Assembly: GCA_043808015.1 (NCBI GenBank)
Contig: JAZDFI010000035.1
Location: 1 to 30,491 of the forward strand
DNA length: 30,491 nt
Direction: 5' to 3'
Source of the DNA: Candidatus Aenigmatarchaeota archaeon
GTDB lineage: Archaea; Aenigmatarchaeota; Aenigmatarchaeia; QMZP01; QMZT01
The notes under the pieces are model-generated. The model had not been told where the DNA came from, searched no databases, and saw only the letters and a list, made by a program, of their open reading frames with translations. Below, in pieces: positions 1 through 7,641 of this stretch. The translations under genes and the position numbers were made by a program. The stretch's first letter is position 1, and the number at the start of each line of letters is the position of its first letter.

Positions 1-75
1 GGCGTCAAGGTGGGCATAGCTTACTAAGCTAAGACAATTGAATTTTAACCAAGCGATAAGAGAGTGCGCATTTCT

Positions 76-462
76 ATGTCTGAATGCGAGGTTTGCGGAA
101 AGGATACTTCTGGCGCAAAAAAAGCCGAGATAGACGGCGTCATTCTGAGCGTGTGCGAGGACTGCGCGAAGCTCGGCAAGGAAGTCTACCAGCCGAAGAA
201 AGTCTTCCTGCAGCCCCAGCACAGCATCTCCAGCGCGCCTAGGGCGGAATCGATAGAGGACGAGCGCGAGATAGCGAGCGATTTCTCAGCCAGAATCAGG
301 CATGCTAGAGAGCGAATGAACCTCACGCAGGACGAAGCAGCCATGAAAATGGGCATCTCCCACCAGATATACAAGCGCATCGAGTCGGGCTTCAAGCCCG
401 ACGACACAACAGCAAAAAGGATTCAAAGGTTCTACAACATCGAGTTGTATGTGAAAGGATGA
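76..462 (+). CDS. mbf1: Archaeal multiprotein bridging factor 1 (aMBF1; Zn ribbon + HTH)
   Basis: N-terminal CEVCG...VCEDC zinc ribbon, then a Cro/XRE-type HTH (IRHARERMNLTQDEAA...RIESG). ATG at 76 preferred over GTG at 64; it lies about 25 nt after a TATA-like TTTTAA. Confidence 0.9.
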   Translation: MSECEVCGKDTSGAKKAEIDGVILSVCEDCAKLGKEVYQPKKVFLQPQHSISSAPRAESIEDEREIASDFSARIRHARERMNLTQDEAAMKMGISHQIYKRIESGFKPDDTTAKRIQRFYNIELYVKG

Positions 463-553
463 TTTATTAAAAAACTTCCTTTCGCGTATCAAGACATAAT
501 TTCTAACACGTTTTTAATGGAATGAATTCAATATTTTTTTAAAGAGGCTTAAA

Positions 554-1432
554 ATGAAACAATTGAAACCTGCATATTTCTATCTCGCCTTGACGATATT
601 GTTCTGGTCCACTGTTCCCGCTGTCGCCAAACTGGCCCTGGCGGAGCTGGATAACTACCAGCTGCTGTCTTATTCGGTTATTGTCGGAACGCTTTCCCTT
701 TTGTTCATCAATCTTTTTCAGAGAAAATTGGGGCTGCTTGCGAAATACGCCAAAGCAGATTATCTGAAAATGTTCGTGATGGGAATATTGGGAATTTTCC
801 TTTATCACATATTCCTTTACGGCAGCTTTGCACTGGTCCCGGCAGGCCAGGCCAATGTAATGAACTACCTATGGCCAGTGTTCGTCATTGTTTTTTCGAT
901 ACCCATACTCAAAGAAAAATTCAACTACAAAACCATCTTGGCTGTTTTTGTAAGTTTTGTGGGGGCGTTAATAGCGTTTTCGGGTGGGAATTTTTATGTT
1001 TTAAGCGGTGGATATGCTGCCGGGTACCTGCTCGCCGCTTTGGGAGCCATTTGCTACGGGCTATTCTCCGTTCTTGGAAAGAAGTTTGATTATGACAAGT
1101 CCTCAAGCATGCTCTTTTACCACATCTCGGCCGCGGTCCTGCTCATCCCGGCGACGTTTCTGCTGTCGGGTTTTGTGATTCCAAAATCCATCGTCACGGT
1201 AATCTCGATTATTATTTTAGGCGGCGTAGTGAACTCAATCGGGTTTGTTTTTTGGTTCAAAGCAATAAAATTAGGGCACACCCATAAGACTGCGAACATG
1301 GTTTATGCGGTTCCATTCCTGGCAATGCTTTGGACGTATTTTTTGAACTCGGAGCCGTTTTCCGTAACTGCGATAATAGGGTTGGTTTTTATAGTGGCGG
1401 GAATCCTTATTCAACTGAAAAACAAAACATGA
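554..1432 (+). CDS. DMT/EamA family transporter
   Basis: 292 aa, about 10 hydrophobic segments in two repeats, EamA-type motifs (YLWPVFVIVFSIPILKEK; YAVPFLAMLWTYFLNSE). Confidence 0.9.
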   Translation: MKQLKPAYFYLALTILFWSTVPAVAKLALAELDNYQLLSYSVIVGTLSLLFINLFQRKLGLLAKYAKADYLKMFVMGILGIFLYHIFLYGSFALVPAGQANVMNYLWPVFVIVFSIPILKEKFNYKTILAVFVSFVGALIAFSGGNFYVLSGGYAAGYLLAALGAICYGLFSVLGKKFDYDKSSSMLFYHISAAVLLIPATFLLSGFVIPKSIVTVISIIILGGVVNSIGFVFWFKAIKLGHTHKTANMVYAVPFLAMLWTYFLNSEPFSVTAIIGLVFIVAGILIQLKNKT

Positions 1433-1469
1433 TGCATATATACAAAAACGCATTAGGTTTATTTTTTGA

Positions 1470-1886
1470 CTACGCCTCAACCACATGCACGACTATCTCG
1501 CGGTTGCGCGGTCTTGTGTCGAAGTCAAGAAGGACTATCTGCTGCCACTTGCCTAACATGAGCTTCTTGTTCTCGAAGGGGACTGTGATGCCCGGCTTCA
1601 TGAGGCATGCGCGGACATGCGCTGCGCCGTTGTCGTCGTGCCATGTCTTGTGATGCTCGTAGTCGCCGTTTTCCGGCGCGAGCTTTTCCAGCGCTCGCTT
1701 GACGTCTTTTATCAGGTTGGGCTCGAATTCCAGCGTCGAGATTGACGCGGTCGAGCCGCTTACGAATACGCATGCGATGCCATTCGACGCTTTCGCCTTT
1801 CCTATGATTTCCGCGACTTCGTATGTGATATCCATTATATCTGTGTTGCCTTTGGTGCTTACTGTGAACTTCGCTAGCTCAGCCAT
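1470..1886 (-). CDS. yjbQ: YjbQ / UPF0047 family protein
   Basis: DIT, GSTASI, YEHH..DDNGAAHVRA and LGKWQQIVLLDFD motifs typical of YjbQ. Confidence 0.93.
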   Translation of the reverse strand: MAELAKFTVSTKGNTDIMDITYEVAEIIGKAKASNGIACVFVSGSTASISTLEFEPNLIKDVKRALEKLAPENGDYEHHKTWHDDNGAAHVRACLMKPGITVPFENKKLMLGKWQQIVLLDFDTRPRNREIVVHVVEA

Positions 1887-1921
1887 ATCGGTTATTAGTA
1901 TGGTCGCGGGAAATATTAATC

Positions 1922-3094
1922 ATGGAGATACGCAAAACTTCAGGTTCTTCTACACCTGCTAAGAGCGAAACCATAAAGCTGCTCTCTGACCTTATCGCCG
2001 AGGACACGACCAATCCGCCCGGCAACGAGTCTCGCGCGGCCGGCGTAGTTCGAAGATTCTTCGAATCCATCGGGATTGAATACAAAATATTTGAAAAAGA
2101 GAAGGGACGAGCTAATATTATCGGCTATATCGGCAAGGGCCGACCTCGGCTGCTTCTTGCCTGCCATATGGACACTGTGCCAGCTGGCGAAGGATGGGAC
2201 TCGAATCCATTCAAAGCGCGTATCGCTGGCGACAAGATTTATGGGCGCGGCGCTGTGGATAACAAAGGCCCGCTTGCCGGCATTCTCGTGGCTGCGAAAA
2301 CGCTGAAGAGCGTCGAAGCGTCGCTGCGCGGCCAGGTCATAATTGCGGGCGTTGCGGACGAGGAGCGCGGCTCGGACGTGGGCATGAAATACCTAATCGA
2401 TAAGTGCGGCTTGACTGCTGAATACGCGATTGTGCCTGACATAGAACACGAACTGAGGAAAATCGATGTGGCTGAGAAAGGATTGCTGTTTTTGAAAGTT
2501 ACGTCTTTTGGGAAGCAGGCGCACGGCTCAGAGCCGGACGAGGGCGTGAACGCTGTGTGGAACATGCACGAATTCCTTGCGCTGCTTAAAGGATATGACA
2601 AGCGGATGAAGTTCAGGAAGCATGCGCTATTGTCTCCTCCGACCTTGAACTTGGGCATTGTGAAGGGCGGGGAAGCGGCGAATATAGTGCCTGCGCGCTG
2701 CGAGGCGACCATCGATATCCGCTACCTGCCGTCACAGAAATCCTCGGTTATTGTAAGTGACATCAGAAAGATGCTTGCTTCTGTTTCCAAGAAAAACAAG
2801 AAAGCTAGGTTTGCGCTTGAAGTGATTGACGACCAGAAGCCCGTCGCCGTCGCTGGCGACACGCTGGTCGCCGCGATAAAGAGGCGCGTTGTCGAGGTGA
2901 CGGGTAAGAAGGCCGAGCTTATCGGCATTTCCGGCACGACTCTCGTCAAGCCGCTCGCCGCTGCGGGCGTGACTGCTGTCGGTTTCTCGCCCGGGAAGGG
3001 CCTTGCCCACATGCCCAATGAATACATTTCTCTCGCCGAACTCGTGCATTTTTCAGAAACAATCGTCCTCGTGTGCATGGACCTGCTGGCGTGA
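1922..3094 (+). CDS. M20 family metallo-amidohydrolase (ArgE/DapE-like)
   Basis: NPPGNE, HMDTV, GRGAVDNKG, DEE, GKQAHGS and C-terminal AHMPNE motifs. Substrate cannot be assigned. Confidence 0.92.
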   Translation: MEIRKTSGSSTPAKSETIKLLSDLIAEDTTNPPGNESRAAGVVRRFFESIGIEYKIFEKEKGRANIIGYIGKGRPRLLLACHMDTVPAGEGWDSNPFKARIAGDKIYGRGAVDNKGPLAGILVAAKTLKSVEASLRGQVIIAGVADEERGSDVGMKYLIDKCGLTAEYAIVPDIEHELRKIDVAEKGLLFLKVTSFGKQAHGSEPDEGVNAVWNMHEFLALLKGYDKRMKFRKHALLSPPTLNLGIVKGGEAANIVPARCEATIDIRYLPSQKSSVIVSDIRKMLASVSKKNKKARFALEVIDDQKPVAVAGDTLVAAIKRRVVEVTGKKAELIGISGTTLVKPLAAAGVTAVGFSPGKGLAHMPNEYISLAELVHFSETIVLVCMDLLA

Positions 3095-3148
3095 CTGTCG
3101 CTAGCGTTAGTTGTGAATTTATTAATACACGCGGGAAAAAGGATTGCT

Positions 3149-3730
3149 ATGAGAATAATGTGCGTCTCGGACTATCACCGCGACATGGAAGTAGCCGAGC
3201 GGGTCGAAGCGCTAGCGACGAAGGAGAAGGTAGACGTGATAGTCAATGCCGGCGACTTCCTGTCCGAGGAGTTCGCCAAGAAAGTGTTCGCGTCGACCAG
3301 CTTTATCACTTTCGTCGTCCACGGCAACGGGGACAGGCATTTAAAGGCAAGAAGCAAGAAAGTAAAGGTGCTGGTGAACGAGGTCGCCGAGCACAAGGGT
3401 TACTATTTCCTGGGCGCGGAATACGGCCATTACGATGAGATAGAGACGCTGGCGAAAGGGAAGGACCCCAAGAAACTCATAATCATAACGCACGACCCGC
3501 CCTACGACATACTCGACCTGAGCTATTTTGGTAGCAACGCGGGCATGCCGGAACTGCGAGACGTGATAGAGCGGCTGAAGCCGGCGATGCACGTGTTCGG
3601 GCACATACACGAGTCGGCTGGCGTCGTGAAGCACAATGGCACGCTGTTCGTGAACGCGGCGCTTCCCGAATTTCGGAAGGCAGCGATCGTCGACCTGCCT
3701 TCGCAGAAGGTGGCGATATTCGATGTTTAG
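3149..3730 (+). CDS. Calcineurin-like metallophosphoesterase (Icc-related)
   Basis: SDYH, AGD, GNGD, THDPP and GHIHE motifs. ATG at 3149 (MRIMCVSD) fits the family start and lies about 23 nt after TTTATTAAT. Confidence 0.9.
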   Translation: MRIMCVSDYHRDMEVAERVEALATKEKVDVIVNAGDFLSEEFAKKVFASTSFITFVVHGNGDRHLKARSKKVKVLVNEVAEHKGYYFLGAEYGHYDEIETLAKGKDPKKLIIITHDPPYDILDLSYFGSNAGMPELRDVIERLKPAMHVFGHIHESAGVVKHNGTLFVNAALPEFRKAAIVDLPSQKVAIFDV

Positions 3731-4010
3731 GACGCAGAAAATGAAAGAAAAAGCTCAAGAAAGTGAAAGCATGACATTGGGAAAACTACAAGTCGAAGAG
3801 AGGGACATGGAAGTCATGGTGAAAAAAGTAGTCCTTGAAATAATGAGGGAAATGGAATTCGATATAGAGAGCCTGCTGGAGAGCGAACCCGAGGCGATAG
3901 AAGGCCTTATTTTCGAGAAAGTCTTCGCCGTGCTGCAGAAGGACCCCCGTCATATCGAAGCGGTCACGACGTTCGGCAACGAAGAGCTGGAAAAGCTCGA
4001 GCTTAACTGA
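3723..4010 (+). CDS. Small acidic hypothetical protein
   Basis: 95-aa Glu-rich ORF overlapping the previous stop and filling the gap to hisS. Start could be 3723, 3741 or 3771. Confidence 0.6.
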   Translation: MFRTQKMKEKAQESESMTLGKLQVEERDMEVMVKKVVLEIMREMEFDIESLLESEPEAIEGLIFEKVFAVLQKDPRHIEAVTTFGNEELEKLELN

Positions 4011-4110
4011 AACGAGCGAAACAAACGTTTTCTTTTTAAGACGCCGCGCGGAATTGAAATATAACATCCCAGCACAAATAATAAAATAGCAACATGCTCA
4101 TGTGATTGAT

Positions 4111-5418
4111 ATGACTGAAAAATTCGAGCCCATCAACGCGAAGGGAGTGAGGGACTTTTTGCCAGAGGAAGCTATACCGAGGAAGCGCATAATCGAGACG
4201 CTGAAGGCGATATTCGAGAAATACGGGTATTCGCCGCTCGAGACTCCCGCTATCGAGCGCATTGACGTGCTTTCCGCGAAGTTCGCAGGAGGCGCGGAGA
4301 TAATGAAGGAGATATTCAGGGTCGAGGACCAGGGCGGGCGCGAACTGGCGTTACGATACGACTTAACGGTTCCAATGGCGAAGGTCGTGGGCATGAATCC
4401 GAATCTTCCGAAGCCATTCAAGCGCTATCAAATCCAGCCGGTCTGGAGGGACGGCCCGATCAAGCTCGGGCGATACCGCGAGTTCATGCAGTGCGACGTT
4501 GACGTCGTGGGCACGAAGTCGATGCTCGCCGAGGCCGAGATTCTGGCCATCGTGGCTGAGTTCTTCGCGAAAATCAGCATGGACATCACCATCAGGGTCA
4601 ACGACCGCAAGCTCATGAACGGCATCCTCGACTACGCTGGCATAAAGGAGAACAAGATGGACGCGATCCTCTCGATAGACAAACTCGAGAAGTTTGGCAT
4701 CGATGCCGTCAAGAAAGAGATGGAGCAGAAAGGCTTCGATGCTGCGTCGATAGCGAACGTTCTGAAGATTCTTGAAATCAAGGGCGGCAACGCCGAGATG
4801 CTCGACAAGGCTGAGAAGCTCATGAAAGGCGAAGCAGACGGGAAGGAAGGCATAAAAGAGCTGCGCGAGCTTCTGGAATACTGCGAGCTGATGGACGTGG
4901 CGATAAAGCTGGACTTCTCGCTGGCGCGCGGACTCGAGTACTATACCGGGCCTGTCTTCGAAGTGTTCATGAACAACTCGAAAATCACGTCTTCCGCCGC
5001 AGGCGGCGGCCGCTACGACAAGATGATAGGCATGTTCATCGGCCGGGGCGAATATCCGGCTACGGGCATTTCATTCGGCATCGAGCCGATTTTCGAGGCG
5101 CTCAAAGAACGGAATAAGGAAACGCCGAAGACGGTGACTGAGGCGCTGGTCATACCCATAGGCACGCTGAAAGAAGCGATAAAGCTCGCGAACGAGCTGA
5201 GAGCGAGCGGCATACGCACGGAAATAGACCTGCTTGAGAGGGGCATCTCATCGAACCTGAATTATGCGAATTCGCTGGGGATTCCTTACGTCGTGTTCCT
5301 GGGCAAGAAGGAGCTCGCAGAGAAGAAGGTCAAGCTGCGCGACATGAAGAGCGGGAAAGAGACGCTTCTCGCTGCGAGCGAAGTGAAGAAGGCGATAGTC
5401 TCCCATCATACGCTGTAA
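4111..5418 (+). CDS. hisS: Histidyl-tRNA synthetase
   Basis: KGVRDF, LRYDLTVP, RYREFMQCDVD, ARGLEYYTG, GGGRYD and a C-terminal anticodon-binding domain. Start at 4102 (GTG) or 4111 (ATG). Confidence 0.98.
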   Translation: MTEKFEPINAKGVRDFLPEEAIPRKRIIETLKAIFEKYGYSPLETPAIERIDVLSAKFAGGAEIMKEIFRVEDQGGRELALRYDLTVPMAKVVGMNPNLPKPFKRYQIQPVWRDGPIKLGRYREFMQCDVDVVGTKSMLAEAEILAIVAEFFAKISMDITIRVNDRKLMNGILDYAGIKENKMDAILSIDKLEKFGIDAVKKEMEQKGFDAASIANVLKILEIKGGNAEMLDKAEKLMKGEADGKEGIKELRELLEYCELMDVAIKLDFSLARGLEYYTGPVFEVFMNNSKITSSAAGGGRYDKMIGMFIGRGEYPATGISFGIEPIFEALKERNKETPKTVTEALVIPIGTLKEAIKLANELRASGIRTEIDLLERGISSNLNYANSLGIPYVVFLGKKELAEKKVKLRDMKSGKETLLAASEVKKAIVSHHTL

Positions 5419-5440
5419 ATACGATGTAAATGCGCTGTAA
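5408..5440 (+). repeat. Three tandem 11-bp direct repeats
   Basis: ATACGCTGTAA (5408-5418), ATACGATGTAA (5419-5429), ATGCGCTGTAA (5430-5440), directly before AAGTTTTTTAAA. Confidence 0.85.
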
Positions 5441-5523
5441 AAGTTTTTTAAACCTCTTTTGCTATTAAACATAAGCTGCTGGTTTTAGTCGATACAATCG
5501 ATATAGAATTAAGAGGAGATACT

Positions 5524-7359
5524 ATGGTAATGAATACTATTCGCAACATAGCCAATACTGGCTCTAAAATACTGGTTCCCGATACGTCCGTTCTGATAAA
5601 CAGGAAGCTCTCGGAACTCATAGAGGAGGGCAAACTGAACGGCATAAAGATTATCGTGCCGCGCATCGTAATCGACGAGCTGCAGGCGCAGGCGTCGCGC
5701 GGCAAGGACATAGGCTTCCGCGGGCTGGAGGAGATAAAGAAGGTGCGTTTGCTGGCCGAGAAGCATAAAATCAAGCTCTCTTTCGACGGCGAGCGACCAT
5801 CGCAGGATGACATAAGCCTCGCGAAAAAAGGACGTCTCGACGCGCTTATTCGCGACTTTGCTGTCAAGGAAGGCGCTACGCTTTTGACCAGCGATTATGT
5901 ACAGGCGCTGGTGGGCGAAGCGGAGAACGTGTCGATAGAATACGTGCCCTTCGATATCAGCAACAAGGAGATAAAAATCGAAGGATTCTTCACTCCCGAT
6001 ACCCAATCGGTCCATCTTAAAGTCGGCGTCAGGCCGTATGCGAAACGGGGGAAACCGGGCGAAGTCAAGCTGGTCCACATACGCGAGAAGCACGTGGATG
6101 AAGACGAGCTGAAGACCATCGTCTACGAAATCCTTTCCAAGGTTCACAAGGACCCGTCATCGTTCATAGAAATAGGCCGACAAGGAGCGAGCGCGATGGT
6201 CGTGCAGATGGGGCGGTACAGAATAGCGATAACACGACCGCCTTTCTCGTCCGCGACTGAGATCACGGCCGTGCGGCCTATCGTGAAGCTCGAGCTGAAG
6301 GACTACGCCCTGCACAAGGACCTCGAAGATGCGCTGGTCAGCGACACGCGCGGCGTGCTCATAGCGGGGCCGCCGGGCTCGGGCAAATCGACGTTCGCAG
6401 CGAGCGTCGCGGAGTTCCTGTGCGCGAAGGGCAAGATAGTCAAGACGTTCGAGCAGCCGCGAGACCTGCAAGTCGGGCCTGAGATAACGCAATACGCCCC
6501 GCTGGAAGGCGACTGGGAGAAAACCGCAGAAATGCTACTTCTGGTCAGGCCGGACTACACCGTATTCGATGAAGTGCGCAAGACGAAGGATTTCCGCGTC
6601 TTCGCGGACATGCGCCTCGCAGGCGTGGGCATGATAGGCGTCGTTCACGCGACTGACATAATCTCGGCGGTGCAGAGATTCATGGGACGCATAGAGCTGG
6701 GCATGATCCCCCACGTCGTCGACACGATAATCTACATACGCAACGGCAGGATAGAGAGGATATACACGCTCAGCCTTCTGGTCAAAGTCCCTAGCGGCAT
6801 GACGGAAGCGGATCTCGCCCGTCCGGTTGTGGAAGTGCGCGACTTCGAGTCGAAGAAGCTCGAATACGAGATTTACACATTCGGCGAGGAGAACGTCGTC
6901 ATCCCGATAAAGGAAGCCTCGAAGCCGATCGTCGACAAGGTCACGAGGATAATAAAGCAGGAGATGGGCCAGATAGACGAGAACTTCGAGCTTGAGTTCG
7001 CTTCCGACAACCGCGTCGTGCTGCGCGTCAACAATGACGCCATAGCCCAGGTCATAGGCAAGAAAGGCAGGAACATCGAAGAGCTCGAGAGGCGCGCGGG
7101 AATACGCATCACGGTCGAGCCGCTGCAGAACACGTTCAAGCATGACGTCTCGTTCGAGATAGGCGAGCGCGGCAAGGCGTTCAGCATAATACTGGGGAAT
7201 GAGCACGTCGGCAAGCAGATAGACATCTACGACGGAGAGACGTATCTATTCTCGCCCGTGATAGGTGGCAAGGGAGAAGTGCGCATAAAGAAAAAGTCGG
7301 AGGAAGGAAAGAAAGTGCTTTATGCTATCAGCGCGAGGACGCTGCGCGTGCTCGTGTGA
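5524..7359 (+). CDS. PINA-type ATPase (PIN domain + P-loop ATPase + KH domain)
   Basis: PIN (VPDTSVLI...VIDELQ...LLTSD), Walker A GPPGSGKST, Walker B VFDEVR, KH GKKG. RBS GAGGAG precedes the ATG. Confidence 0.93.
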   Translation: MVMNTIRNIANTGSKILVPDTSVLINRKLSELIEEGKLNGIKIIVPRIVIDELQAQASRGKDIGFRGLEEIKKVRLLAEKHKIKLSFDGERPSQDDISLAKKGRLDALIRDFAVKEGATLLTSDYVQALVGEAENVSIEYVPFDISNKEIKIEGFFTPDTQSVHLKVGVRPYAKRGKPGEVKLVHIREKHVDEDELKTIVYEILSKVHKDPSSFIEIGRQGASAMVVQMGRYRIAITRPPFSSATEITAVRPIVKLELKDYALHKDLEDALVSDTRGVLIAGPPGSGKSTFAASVAEFLCAKGKIVKTFEQPRDLQVGPEITQYAPLEGDWEKTAEMLLLVRPDYTVFDEVRKTKDFRVFADMRLAGVGMIGVVHATDIISAVQRFMGRIELGMIPHVVDTIIYIRNGRIERIYTLSLLVKVPSGMTEADLARPVVEVRDFESKKLEYEIYTFGEENVVIPIKEASKPIVDKVTRIIKQEMGQIDENFELEFASDNRVVLRVNNDAIAQVIGKKGRNIEELERRAGIRITVEPLQNTFKHDVSFEIGERGKAFSIILGNEHVGKQIDIYDGETYLFSPVIGGKGEVRIKKKSEEGKKVLYAISARTLRVLV

Positions 7360-7363
7360 TGGA

Positions 7364-7630
7364 CTACAGATTTCCTTCCAAGCCTTTAAGATCTTCGGCT
7401 AACCCATTGACGTCGTTGCCAAGGCCGGAAAGCGTGTCGGTCGCCTGATCCTTATTCGCTATTGTTTCTCCGCTCCTTGACAGGCCGCCGTTCATGATGA
7501 AAAAGCCCGCCACTCCGGCGACTGCAATCACCGCTATCAGCACCAGGGCCAGCATTTTTTTAGAGCCGCCTTTGCTTTCTTTTTTACCTTTATCCTCTTC
7601 TGCTATTTTGTCATAGAGGTCTTTTGCCAT
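7364..7630 (-). CDS. Small single-pass membrane protein with a short C-terminal amphipathic/coiled-coil helix
   Basis: Charged N-terminus, TM segment LALVLIAVIAVAGVAGFFIM, heptad-like tail; RBS GGGGTA; starts 11 nt after the large Cys-rich gene. Confidence 0.75.
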   Translation of the reverse strand: MAKDLYDKIAEEDKGKKESKGGSKKMLALVLIAVIAVAGVAGFFIMNGGLSRSGETIANKDQATDTLSGLGNDVNGLAEDLKGLEGNL

Positions 7631-7641
7631 AATTTACCCCC

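Noticed and set aside
1-17. Possible start of a minus-strand gene (MPTLT...) at ATG 17
   Set aside because: Only five codons are visible; it cannot be identified or confirmed.
5524-5900. PIN domain as a VapC toxin or defence gene
   Set aside because: It is the N-terminal domain of the conserved PINA ATPase, and no antitoxin is adjacent.
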